Below, one piece after another: positions 1 through 13,552 of a stretch of 64,000 nucleotides of DNA. How positions within the stretch are numbered: the stretch's first letter is position 1; every line of letters begins with the position of its first letter. The translations under genes were made by a program, and so were the position numbers. Origin of the DNA: Octopus sinensis (lineage: Eukaryota); NCBI RefSeq assembly GCF_006345805.1, contig NC_042998.1, positions 144,088,001 through 144,152,000 of the forward strand. Reading direction: 5' to 3'. The notes below the pieces were generated by a model that had not been told where the DNA came from, ran no database searches, and saw nothing but the letters and a program-made list of their open reading frames with translations.

Positions 1-3000
1 AGTCATCGCTGAATCATTGCTTCACAGCTGCAGGATTTCTGGTTCAGCCTGGTTTTCCATGCAAGCATGGATTAGACAAATATATTAAGGCATTTTTGTT
101 TACAGCCAGATGCCCTACTAGTTGTTACCCTTTACCTGCCTTTTAATTAATAGGTCCCTTACTTCACAGATCCTTAAAGTAGACAGTCAGCAGAAGATTT
201 GTTGACAGGAAAATAACATATGCTGTTGAACCATCCAATCCATACCAACATGGAAGAAAGACATTAAATGTTGATGATATAGTAATAAAGATGTAACATC
301 ACTTGCAAAATCTGATCATAGTACAGCTATAGGGTTTATAGCAGATGCAAACCACAGCACCAAAGTGACAGCACAACTTTGACCATCCTAATTAGGAGAC
401 TTAAACTACATGTACTATAAATGACTTCCATGTTGAGAACAATAGATGAGCATCCAATTGTTAAATCAACTGAATTACCTACTAAATGAATTAGCATGTA
501 AGTGGATGAGTATTCCACTGGCATGATTCTCTAGCAGATGATACATAATACAAAAGTTAGACTTTTAATTGCCAGTAAAGTCCATATTGTGGACTTCTAT
601 ACAATATCCAGCCTCCCAATTTCATTCAGAAGGCTTGGTTGACCACGGCTATGGTAAAAGATACTTGCCTAAGATTCTAATCAATGTGAATGAACCCAAG
701 ATTTCATGATTATGAATGAAGTGAACTTCTTACCCCCCCACACACACACACACACAATCACATTAGGGTTGGTTTCTACAATTTGTCTTTGAAGCTTAGG
801 GTGAAAATTAGTCATGCATGAAGTAGCAAGAATGTCCCAATTATAAATTTTCAAAAGGAACAGGAGGAAAAGAAATGGAATGCCTGTCATTACAGAAAAA
901 AATATGAGGCTGCTGAAAATAAAATCAATGATGGATACCAATTCAAAAATCCACTTGTTAAATCTGATTATGTGGTTTTAAAGGATGTACTAAACAGAAC
1001 ATAGTAGGTGGGGTGAGGAAGAAGTGGTAGAAATAAAGCATGGTTATTTTAGCTTAATATTTTATTTATTATATTTGTTGAGGTTTTTTTTTGGTATTTT
1101 TTCCATTAGCTTTCTTTCCAGAATGTGCAAACATTAATAATTAAGTGTCAGTTGGCACAAAATTAGATTTTGTGCAGCACATCGGGAAACACACACAAAT
1201 ATAAAATGTTAAATATAATTTGTTCATAAAAATGTATACTAAGAGAAACACAAGAAATTAATGCGTGTGTATGTCAGAGAGAGAGAGAGAGAGAGAGAAG
1301 AGAAAAGAGAGAATGAGGAAGAGAGAGACAGAGAAACAGTGAATTAGTAAATAAGAGAAGAAGAGAGAGTAGTAGTGAGGGGGTAAGAAGAAGAAAATGC
1401 TTTCAAATTTTTATATATTGAAAGCTAATAAACAATTTAGCTTATTCAACTTCAACAATCACAAACCACCAACTTCTAGAGCTAGTGCAATAATAACTAA
1501 TGCTACCATTGCAACAACTACTAAATCACTATTATTTCTAGGTCAAGTACTTGAATCTTATGTCCTATATGTGATATACACACACACACCGAAGCGCAGT
1601 GGAATTTCTGCAGTCTTAGTTGTTGCTGCAATCAACTTTTGCTTGTTCCTCTAGGGAAAGACTAAGATAGGCATGAAGCATTTACTGGGGTTAGTTCAAT
1701 ATCAAACTAGGTCCATTCATTTCAAATTTGTGGCCTCATGCCAGTTTTATATATATATATATACACGCACACACATTTCATTCAATGTGGTTTATACTAT
1801 TCTTGAAGTTGGACTTTTATATATAAACACATTTATATACTTCCACAAAAAAAAAAAAAGATAAGTTATTTGCCAGCTGTTATAATGGAATGCTATTATT
1901 AGACTGTGGCACAGGCATGACTGTATCGTATAGAAATTTGCTTCCCAGTCACATCAGTTTGAACCTAGTCCCACTGCATGGGACCTTGGACAAGTGTCTT
2001 CTATAGCCCAGGACTAACTAAAATCTTGGGAATGGATCTGGTAAACAGAAACAGAAAAAAAGACCATCGTGTGTGTACCTGTGTCTCCTTGTCTTGACAA
2101 CAAGTGACAGTTGTAAATAAGTGTCACTGTCAAACAAGTGGTGTCATTATAAAATTAAGATCGTTATCAACCTAACACTTTAGCATTTAAACCAACCATA
2201 TACAGCCCAAATATTCTACCTGTTTTATGTTCAAATCAACAGGATCCAGCCTCTTACACCTATCCTACAATGTCATTCTAAAAATATGCAATCACATCAT
2301 TAAAATTTTGAAGCTATGGGATAATGCATGAATAATTCAAAACAATGTAAATAGATAAACATCACATTTAACAGAATAATCTGAAATACTAAAAAATTAA
2401 ACAAGTTCAATACTATGGCAAAGATAGGAGGATTATGTGGATGTAAACTGTTTTATCTTTTCATTAATACCCTCTCAACTCTTGCTCTTCATTTATCATA
2501 TTCACACTCACCCATTCCCCATACACTCTTGCAACCTCTACTCATCCATACATCTTGTTCTTCTATTTCTAATCATCTTGTACCTTGAGGATCCACCTAC
2601 TATTTTTATCACTTCCCAGCTGCATTCCGCTCACGCTTACCCTCTCTTCTACAGTTTGAATAGTTATATACCTCCTCTATAGTGAGAAAGCTGCTCGGTT
2701 TTGGCTCCTCCTCTCAATCTCTCACCTCCTAGCATAAAGCTACCTCTTGGGGGGGGGGGGGCTCAGTCTTGCCAGCTGCATGACAATTTACTCTAGTGCT
2801 GGTAGCATGAAAAAGAAAATCACTCAGTACACACTGTAAAGTGGTTGGCATTAGGCAGGACAGGCATCATACTACAGAAACCATGCTAAAGAAAACAGGA
2901 GAGTATGTGGCATTTCCAGAATGAGTCATATCCTGTCAAACTGTCCAACCCATGCCACCATGGAACATGGATATGAAATGATAATGAGGATGATAATTAA

Positions 3001-4631
3001 TGATAAAGAGGGAGAAGAGGGCAACAGAATTTATAAATATTTGGAGGGAGAGAGGCTGATCTTTCTTTGTGAAAATCACTAGAATACATCACTCTCCTAT
3101 AGCACTTTGATTTCTTTCAACACACAGGACACTTACAAAAACAAAATGAAGTAAGAAAAAAAGTGTAATTCAGTAAGTTGCAGTAAACAAAGAAGGTCCT
3201 AGGTAAGTGATAACACAAGACTTCAGTTCAGTATAAGCATCATAGTAATAGTTTATATTAGTGGTTTACAATGATGATATCAAACACTTTCACATTAGTA
3301 GACCTTTGTATTAGCTACAACATCAAGGTATTCTATTCATTTGGTTTATATCATGAACATACTTAATACAAATATTTTGTTTTGCAAAACAGAAACCTTG
3401 TGCTGCAAACAGAAATTAGTTTCTGAATGAAGCTTAGCTTTAGAAGCCATGTAAGATAGGCAGGCAAGCAGTGTGTGTATGTGTGTGTACATATGTCCAA
3501 GCTAGAGAAAGTGTTTGAGAATGCATGTGTGCATTTATGTAACAGATACTATGCATGTATTACATGAGTGTGTATTAGCTACATGTACATGATTAACACT
3601 TTTGCTATTATATTTCTGTTGAAATCCCTTTTAATTACTTTTAAAAATAATAAAAAATTTAATAAAATACCAGCAGCTAGTGTTTGAAATATAACTGACC
3701 ATGAAATTCTGCTGGAAGATTTTAATTTCTATCACTTTAATAAAACAGGAAGCTTGTATCACAGAATCAGGGGTGGTTTCTGGCAGGTTGGTATCAAAAG
3801 GGTTCATATGATGCACCATATAATACAGAACAAGACAAGCATATCAGAGAAAGAAAATACTCTAATTTCATCAGTGAAATACATCTGATATTATCCCAAA
3901 TAAAACAGAAACCAAGGTGCTGATAGGGCTGCATGAAAGAGAAATTATTTACCATATGTAAAATATATGCCATGTCAATGATGGTAAGACGATAGTGCTT
4001 ACTCCTTATCTATGCTAAATAGGTGCAATGTGACAACATTTAGTGATATTTCCTTTGTTTACATTGTTGCTTACACCGAAAGTAAACAATATTTCCTCTA
4101 AGCAACAAGATCACCATCTAATATCTCTATATTTTGTACAATTAGACATGTCTTGGTTGTTTATTGCAAAATTTCTACCTTACACAATGGGCATTCACTT
4201 GGACAATAGCTAACCATTTATTCTGTGTGTGTGCATGTGTGCCTGTCTGTATATTCTTGCCATACAGTGTCATTAATTTCCAATGTTCTACTGAAACATC
4301 AGGCCACGGTATATTATTACTTTACCTGGAAACATGAGAGATGGCAATGGGAAAGGGCATCCAGCTGCACAAGATCTGACTCAATAAAATCCATCCGGCC
4401 AATAAAAGTACAAGTTACAATATATATATGAATACATCACAACTATTTGACAAACAGGAACATGAAACTGAGTATCACTAGCCACTAAACCTTTTTCTAT
4501 TTTCTCTCCCTGTTTATTTCTGTGTTCCTTTCTGTCGAAACGTAAAAGACTTTCTCACTTCCTGAGCATTAAACTAACGCATCTGTTTGTTGTTTACACA
4601 CCTGTCTTCATTTTGTTTTTCTTGTAAATTC

Positions 4632-4673
<42 letters not shown>

Positions 4674-5350
4674 CACACACTAGTAGCACATAAAAAGCAC
4701 CAACCGAACATAGCCAATGCCAGTGCCCCTGACTGGCCCCCATGCTGGAGGCACATAAAAAGCACTATCTGAACATGATCAATGCCAGGCCCGCTTGACT
4801 GGCTCCTGTGTCGGTGGCACGTAAAAAGCACCCACTACAATTTTGGAGAGGTTGGCTTTAGGAAGGGCATCCAGCTGTAGAAGCATTGCCAGATCAGATT
4901 GGAGCCTGGTGCAGCTGCTGGCTCTCCAGACCTGAATCAAACCGCCCAACCCATGCCAGCATGGAAAACAGACATTAAACAATGATGATGATGATGTAAT
5001 CACTTGCCATACCACGGTTCACCTATCACGGTATATTATTTGAGCTTACATTGATTACTCCGTGGTGTTGTTTTGCATTTATAATAAAATAAATATATAC
5101 AAATTATAAAAATATAAAAAAAATATACAGTACAGTATTGTTTCTACTTCACAAGTTTTCACCTATCACAGGTGGTTTTGGAACGTAACTAGCATATAGC
5201 TTTTAAGTAACTGACCCTGAATGGGAAGATCTGCAAACAGATCTCTAACTTGATCAGGAGAATTTGTTGCAATTGCTTCCTATGGAGTCATACCCTAATG
5301 ATCATATTTGTTGCAAGAAATCATATTTAAAAAAAAAAAAAAAAAAAAAA

Positions 5351-5640
5351 AAATCGCCAAAGACAATTGCAGTAATGAAAACAAAGGAATCCAAAATTTC
5401 AGGATTGCAGGTCCAGATTCGGCCCAGAATGTTTTTAATTTACTCACAGAGTTAGCCTTTAAATTATTAAAATTGTTATCATACAAGAAAATTTGTCACA
5501 AAATGTCATGTAAAAAAAAAAAATTTTTTTTAAATCGCCAAAAGCAACCACAGTAATGAAAACTTAGGAATCAAAAATGTCAGGATTGTGGGTCTGGATT
5601 CAGCCTGGAATGTTTTTAATTTACTCACAGAGTCAGCCTG
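5351..5640. repeat. Tandem duplication, period 181 bp
   Basis: aaatcgccaa...tttaatttactcacagagt starts at 5351 and again at 5532. Confidence 0.85.
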
Positions 5641-6180
5641 ATTCCAAAATGGTATGATATGTTGGGCCCCTAGGAGTAAAGTTGAAAAAGTTATTGACAC
5701 ACTAACATTCACATTTGTTACATTAGATATGTTTAATATTGGGGAAACTTTATTTCAATTAACATTGTATACATGTGTGTGTGTGTGTGTGTATTAAAGA
5801 AAGCAAAAAATAAAACAAAAATTGGCCACAGGAATTGCTGTCAAAGAGACATGGTTAAACAAAGTTGTACATCATCTCCCTCTTTCTCTCTTATTATTTA
5901 TTACTCCCACTGCCACTTTTAATAAAGCATCATCAACTCTCCCTAAATTTCTTTGTCTCTCTTTCTCTCCCTCTTTTTCTTTCTCTCATTCTGTCTTTAC
6001 CACTGCCCTCACTGTTTCTATGCCTACTGTTACTCTTACTCCATCATGAGGAATAGTAGGAGTGTCACTGAATAGTGAGGGGGGAGGTCTAAGTGTGACA
6101 CACTGACACACAAATTAGTTTTCACATTCATTATATTAGATATATATACATATATAAGCACATCCGAACGTGGGGTGTAA

Positions 6181-7081
6181 CCAAGGCTGTGGCTATATAT
6201 ATACACACACACACACACACACATATCATCAACATCATCGTCGTTTAATGTCCATTTCCCGTGTTGGCATGACTTGGACAATTTGACTGAGGACTGGTGA
6301 GCTAGAAGGCTGCACCAGGCTCGATCTGATCTGGCAATGTTTCTACTGCTGGATGCCTTTCCTAATGCCAACCACTCTGAGAGTGTAGGGGGTGCTTTTA
6401 CATGCCACTGACATGAGGGCCAGTCAGGCGGTTTTGGCAACGACCACATTCAAAAAGTGTTTTTTACATGCTAGCTGCATGGGAACCAGTCCAGTGGCAC
6501 AGGCAATGACCATGCTTGAATGTTGTTTTACACATGCCACTGGCACGAGTGCCAATCAGGCGGTACTGTCATTGGCCATGTCAGCGATTTTGATTTGATT
6601 TTGATTTCACTTGCATGAGTACCCCTCATTCATTGGACAATAAACTTTGCTTGCGAAGACTTATTGAGGCAAGTGAAATCAAAATCGCTAACATGGCCAA
6701 TGACAGTACCGCCTGATTGGCACTCGTGCCAGTGGCATGTGTAAAACAACATTCAAGCATGGTCATTGCTTGTGCCACTGGACTGGTTCCCATGCAGCTA
6801 GCATGTAAAAAACACTTTTTGAACGTGGTCGTTGCCAAAACCGCCTGACTGGCCCTCGTGTCAGTGGCATGTAAAAGCACCCCCTACACTTTCAGAGTGG
6901 TTGGCATTAGGAAAGGCATCCAGCAGTAGAAACATTGCCAGATCAGATCGAGCCTGGTGCAGCCTTCTAGCTCACCAGTCCTCAGTCAAATTGTCCAAGT
7001 CATGCCAACATGGGAAATGGACATTAAACGACGATGATGTTGATGATATGTGTGTGTGTGTATATATAGCCACAGCCTTGG
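6181..7081. repeat. Near-perfect ~430-bp-arm palindrome (inverted duplication)
   Basis: Arms 6181-6614 and 6669-7081 are near-identical reverse complements; the ORF track gives the same peptides on opposite strands. Confidence 0.95.
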
Positions 7082-9612
7082 GGCTGGAACATATAAATGA
7101 ATATATAAGTACATATGTGTGGATGCATGTGTTGTAAAAACTCTCTAATAGCTTTCTATCTCTTGGGATACTGTTGGAAAACAACTATCCAACCTCTGCG
7201 AGCAGGGAAAAACAGATGTATGATGGTGATGTGTATTTTGTGTTATGTATTTCAGAGAAACTGAGCTTAGCCTGTCGTTACAACAAAAACGTACAACCAC
7301 AATACACTTCTGTAGTAGTGATGGTAGTAGTAGTAGAAGTCTATTTTAATTTTTCTATCAACTTCACTTTGCTTCCCTCTGATGGCTAATAACAAAACTC
7401 AGTACCAGTAATATTGTAGGATTCATTTTATTTCTTCCTTTCAAATTTGTGGCTTTATGCAAACATTCAAACTCACTGCTTTTAAGTTATTAGTGACTCC
7501 AAGGCCACACATTTATTTATAGAGAGTGCTAGAGCTGATAAAATTCAATGCAGTAGATACCTGATATTATTAAGTCCATGGGAATGAAAAACAAAATTAC
7601 CCTGACACAAAATGAATGTGGAAGATAAGAGTGGGTGGGACTGAATACAAGGCATTAGGTCAAATATCCTATTGTTTCTACCATATAAAATATTAATAAT
7701 AATAATAATAATAATGATAATAATAATAATAATAATAGTTTCAAATTTTAGCACAAGGCCAGCAATTTTGAAGGAAGTGAGGAGTGAATTACATTGACCT
7801 CCAGTACTTCATTGGTACTTATCTTATCAGCTCTGAAAGGATGAAAGGCAAAGTTGACTCCAGTACATAAAGATCTAGCATTTTTGTTCAATGTGCTAAC
7901 AATTCTCTCAGCTTGTCACGTTAATAATAATAATAATCCTTTCTGCTATAAGCACAAGGCCTGAAATTTTGGGGGAAGGAGGTTAGTCGATTACATCAAC
8001 TACAGTGCATAACTGGTACTCATTTCATCAACCCCAAAGATGAAAGGCAAAGTCGACCTTGGCAGAATTTGAACTCAGAACGCAAACAAAATTCCATTGA
8101 ACATTTTGCTGGGCGTGCTAACGATTCTACCAGTTTGCCATCTTAACAAATGCTTAATTAATCAATTAATTTCTATCACTGGGACAAAAGCACATGTCAA
8201 TCTCACTGCATTGCACCTTAGACAAGTGACAAACTGTAGCCTCAAGCCTTATGAGTGGATTTAACAGACAGAAACTGAAAAAGAAGCCTTTTGCATATGC
8301 ATCTGTGTGTGTGCATTATGTTTAAGTCTTCACTCACTTATTTGAAAGACACAAAATTCACTCAGTTTACTCGATATTTCTCCTGTCAAATTCTCTTCTT
8401 GCTTCATACTTTCAAAGCCATAGGAAATAAAGGGATTCCTTATTTGAAAAACAGATAAAGGTTAGCAGCAGGAAGGGCATTCAGCTGTTAAACAATGCCT
8501 TGATAATTTATCTAACCCATGTTGGCATGCAAAAAAATGGCCATAAAACACACACATACCTTTCAGTTTCTGTCTAACAAATTCTTTCACATAGCATTAG
8601 TCAGTTCAGACTATAGTAGAAAGCACATACCCAAGATATCATGTAGTGGGACTGAACCCTAAACTTCTGGACCACACAGTCATGCCTGCATTTAATCTTA
8701 ATATCATAATTGTAATTTGCAGCTCATAAGACAATTATAGCGGTGCACATTGAAACCTAGCTATGATAATATCACTTAAGCTGATAATAAATATCACTTT
8801 GCCTGATGGCTAAAAGCCATTATGAAATGAAGAATGTAAAAGATCTAAAGATAATGATACAAGAATTCTAAAGTGAACATTAGTAAGCAATGACAGTTAA
8901 TCTATTTTATTAAAAGAAAACAAACACAAAAACAATACTTCAATAAAATAATTACAAGAATATTCCTTTTTGGAAATTACTTTGAATTCATCAATAAAGT
9001 GGAGTGGGGTGCAACAAATCCACCTTAGTAAATAAATGAAAAATAAGTAAAAATATAAACATTAACATAGTTTTACACATGTTAGAACTATGGTGCAAAT
9101 AAGCTGTGTGATTTATTGAGAGCTGCTCTCCCTGATCTAAATGTTAGTGCTACGTATTTTACGTTATGTGTCTCAATATAGCTTTAACCCTTTTGATCCT
9201 AGCCTCCTTGAGATCACTCCTGGTCCTATTATTCAAATGAAGGTGATCTAAATTAAAATTTCAAGCAAGATTAAATTTGTCAAAACTCTGGCTTAAAAAC
9301 TGAAAAGTTATTTTACAAAATTATTCATTATTTTCCAAATTAATTGAAATAAAGGCAATGTCATTCAAAAGAAATATAGTAACAAAAGGGTTGACCCTTG
9401 TGATACTAACCTGCCAAGTTCAACAACACAAAACTATTTTAACTCTTTAGTATTTAAACAAGCCATATCCAGCCTAAATATTCTACTTGTTTTATATTCA
9501 AACTGGCTAGATCCAGCCTCTCACACTTATCCTACAATGTCATTTAAAAACAGACAATCACATCATCAAAATCATGAAGCTACAAACTAATGCATGATTA
9601 ATTCAAAACAAT

Positions 9613-10227
9613 TTTGGAAATTGTGCTGTGCTTGAGAAGACCAGGCAAGCCAAATGAGACCATATGCCAGGGGTGTAACTAGCCCACTTATGCATACCTT
9701 TCCTTCATTGGACACTAAACTCTGCTTGCGAAGACCTGTTGAGGCAAGTGAAATCGAAATCAAATTTGATGACTGGCATCCATGCTAGCACAGCAATAAG
9801 AGCACCATCTGAGTGTGATCATTGCCAGAGCAGCTAACTGGCTTCCATGGCAGTGGCACATAAAAAGCACCATTCGAGCGTTATCGCTACCAGTGTCGTC
9901 TTACTGGCACTTGTGCCGGTGGCACGTGAAAAAACATTCAAGCGAAGTTGTTGCCAGTGCCACTGGACTGGCTCCTGTGCAGGTGGCACATAAAAAACAC
10001 TATTTGATCATGGCATTTGAGTACTGCCTGACTAGGCCTCGTGCTAGTGGCACGTAAAAGCACCCACTACATTCTCGGAGTGGTTGGCGTTAGGAAGGGC
10101 ATCCAGCTGTAGAAACTCTGCCAGATCAAGATTGGAGCCTAGTGCAGCCATCTGGTTCACCAGTCCTCAGTCAAATCATACAACTCATGCTAGCATGGAA
10201 AGCAGACGTTAAACGATGATGATGATG
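9613..10227 (+). mobile_element. 5'-truncated RTE-type LINE (ORF2 end plus 3'UTR with internal tandem repeats and (ATG)n tail)
   Basis: Begins with the ORF2 C-terminus (AVLEKTRQAK*), contains repeated ggcac(g/a)taaaaagcacc units, and ends ggacgttaaacgatgatgatg. Related fragments at ~2780-2990, 4680-4995, 6225-7050, 25785-26120, 33660-33850, 41660-42000, 42765-43010, 47205-47420, 48300-48430 and 61140-61280. Confidence 0.8.
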
Positions 10228-10789
10228 AATGTGAATAAACAAGCATCACATTTGACAAAGTAATATGAATGCTAAAGAGTTAAAGTAATCTAAATTAAAA
10301 CATTCCATCAAAGTTTCATGTTCATTTATGTTGCAAACCCCAAGTTAATAACCACTAAATTATTTCTCTAAATTCTTTAGTTTCAAAATTAATTTCAACA
10401 GAAATATAGTAACAAAAGGGTTAAACCCAATCCAACAACATTAAAAGGAGCAAGTAGTTATTGTTGTAGCTTGAATGTCCCCTACCTACCAACCCAAGCT
10501 CCCAGTTATAATATATTCCATGTTTTAGCCTACATACCAATTATTGGTACCATTCCAGCTACTCCCAACAGCTGTGTTAACTAGGGAACATAGAACAAAG
10601 TGTACCATTCAAATACAGAATGGAACACCTGTAATACATCAGAACTCAGTACCTGGAGATTGCTAATCCAATAACCTGTCCACTTGGTTAATTTTACATC
10701 TAAAAAAATATATATGTAGATACATAGAACTGAGGTTCTTTATGATATCATACACAATTAACAGCCTGGCTCTCCTCAACCATGAAGTC

Positions 10790-11245
10790 ACGTGGTCTAG
10801 TGATCAGAGCATTGGATTCACAATTGTAAGATCATGGTTTTGATTCCCAGACAGAGTGATGCATAGTGTTCTTGAGCAGAACATTTCATTTCACAATGCT
10901 CTAATCTACTCAGCTGTAAATGACTCCAGTAGCAGCTTAGAAGTTAACCCTACAACAGACCATCATCCAATTCATGGTTAAGTATTGTAGTCTCAGTTAT
11001 TTATACACCATAGAAACCAATTAAGCTCTAGCCCAATAAATCTTACAGCTCATGACAGTTCTCTATCCCCTCAGTGGAGGAACACGGCTTAGTGGTTATG
11101 GTGTTGGACTCATGATTGTAAGATTGTGGTTTCGATTCCTGGACTGGGCAACAATGAGAAATCTTGTGACAGACCGACATCCCATCCAGTTGGAGAACTT
11201 ATACACCATGAAACTGGGAAACCAGCCCTTATGAGTCAGCCTCAA
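10790..11245 (+). mobile_element. Two decayed tRNA-head SINEs
   Basis: cgtggtctagtg...ggttttgattccc at ~10790 and cggcttagtgg...ggtttcgattcc at ~11085. Related reverse copies at ~21480-21735 and 46210-46450. Confidence 0.65.
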
Positions 11246-11427
11246 CCAGTAAGCGTAAGTTGCAAGGAAGAAGCTAGAAAGAAGAAGCAGGATGAATCTG
11301 CATATAAATTATGTGTGATCTCTAGTTTTCTTAGATCTGATATAGCTATTCAATTCCTACACTTTTTATTTAAGAACCCTATCCATCAATTTCATTTTTC
11401 TATATTCTCCATATGTCAACAACTCAC

Positions 11428-11560
11428 GATGTTTTTCACAATATACATCATATACAGACATCACATTGCAGGCATACAATGGCTGACATTGTATACATTG
11501 ACTTTTGATGTTAAGTGGTTTGCTTATCTCAAGATAATCCTTCACACTCAACATGTCCAT
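11428..11560 (-). CDS. Possible alternative exon MDMLSVKDYLEISKPLNIKSQCIQCQPLYACNVMSVYDVYCEKH, phase 1
   Basis: 133-nt ATG ORF ending at a strong ATC|gtgagt donor, with a GA-repeat leader upstream. No CpG island, and the phase does not match the C2 exon junctions. Confidence 0.25.
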
Positions 11561-13170
11561 CTTCTATCTCTCCAGATTAACTGCAATCGCTGGACATGTT
11601 CCACCTTCAAGTGCATATCCAACTCTCTCTTTCTCTCTCTCTCAATAAAGTGTTCTTTCTGTATGGAGAGAAATCATTTATAGATAATTAAATACACAAA
11701 AATATTTATGGCTTGTTATGTAATAAGAAAGTTGCTTCCCAACCATATGGTTTCAGGTTCAGTCCAGCTGCATAGCATCTTAGGCAAGTTTTTTCTACAT
11801 ATAATCCCTGGCTGACTAAAGCTTTGAATGAGTTTGGTAGATGGAAACTGGAAGAAGCCCATCGAACACACACACGTGTGTGTGTGTGTTTTGACTTCAT
11901 GCAAAAGTTGTAAACAAGCATTACTTTCACATGAGCAATGCAATCTGTTTCCAATTTTCCATGGAAACATGTCTGCCCATGAGGAAATATTACCTTGCTT
12001 AGAAACAGATATGGGTTGGTGACAGGAAGAGGATCCAGCTGCAGAAAATCTGCTTCAATGAATTCTATCTGACACATGCAATTGTGGAGAAGTGAATGTT
12101 GAAACAATGATGATGAATATACCTGTGTAGAAGATCATCTTTTTCTTACAAAAAATGAATTAGGATCAGAGAGCGAGTCAGTAAAACAAAATCTCTGCTG
12201 ACCCTATTTTGATTCACTATTAAACAAGCTCATTGTCAACAGGATCTGTCAGGGATTTTTTTCTTTTTTTTCATTATCATCATTTCATGGGTCAGACAGA
12301 ATATGCTGAGGCAGTTTTTCTACAGCTGGATGCCCTCCCTGTTTTTAAACCTTGCCTAATTCCAAGCAAGATTATATTTCCCCATAGTCAGATATGTTTT
12401 TCACAAAAAATAGCAAATTAATAACCAGATGTTCATTTACAACAATCATGTGATGTCAAGACAAAGTCACACTTGTGTCTATTATACATTTATATAGTTA
12501 CTTCTAATAACCAGTGTCATCACTTAATTTATTTCTGAAGACTAGGACATTGTTTTTATCTTTCAGCCACATTCCTGACCAGGACATGTGGTAACAGGAA
12601 GGAAAGCTTACAAGGAATTAAGTGCACTTAAGTGTGTAAATGTGAAATAAATAGTTTTTATTTTATTTTTTTATTGGATTATGAAGATATTGTATATGTG
12701 TGTGAGGGGGTGGAGAGGGAGACAAGGGCCAGTTACAAACTACCATTTATATCAGCCTAGGTCAAAATAAAAAGTTTGTTTACAAGTAACAACAGCTATA
12801 AATATTAGGGATGCTGAGTCAAAAAAAATGGTAAGATTCAAAAATAGATATAAATAACTTGAATATTCCTTTGTTATTTAATCAGCATTAATAATAGTAC
12901 TATACAGGCAAGATAAAAAAATTATCTTTAAATCCCATAACATATATATATACACGCACACACAATAAGTAAAGCAGTACTTTAGACATTTTCCTAAAAT
13001 GCATTACTAAAGAAAACAGTTCTAGATGGCGACGTCATTATAACATAGCATAAATATAGATATGAGATAGAGGGGCTATTTATAATAGTAATACAGAGAA
13101 AACTGATGGTAATGAACATCGCTAAATGACTGAAAACTCCAAAAACTCACTCATTCTAACACCTTCCAAA

Positions 13171-13552
13171 TCTCTCTCTATATATAAACGGCAGTTTGTC
13201 TGTGTGTGTTTCTGTGTGTCTGTTTGCTTGTACCCTCACCCTGACCACGGCTTTCAACCGATTCTGATGAAACTTGACACACACATAGCCCAATGTCATA
13301 ATTCAAAACTAACGCAGCGAACATTTTGAAAAGTTCCCCCAGTTCTGAAAAAAATCGATAAATTCGACATGGGGTCGACAATGAGAAACACAAACCACAA
13401 ACTGTCTAGGGGACGCAACTCCACCTTTTTTAAATCTCAAAAAAAAATTTACCATTTTTTTCCATTTTTTTGCTGTTTTTTGGCTATAACTCTAAAAATG
13501 CTTTATAGTTATTTCCCTTACAAACCTGAACAACGCCGGGCAATACTGCTAG
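13171..13552 (+). mobile_element. Non-autonomous Helitron
   Basis: A|TC...CTAG|T insertion, internal (TG/TCTG)n, subterminal GC hairpin-like cctgaacaacgccggg. Confidence 0.8.

Noticed and set aside
9790-10070. Regularly spaced ggcac..aaaaagcacc repeats superficially like a CRISPR array
   Set aside because: Eukaryotic context, spacers are related to each other, part of a LINE 3'UTR, no cas genes.
11126-11683. 185-aa plus-strand ORF
   Set aside because: Starts in a SINE and runs through low-complexity sequence; no domain signal.
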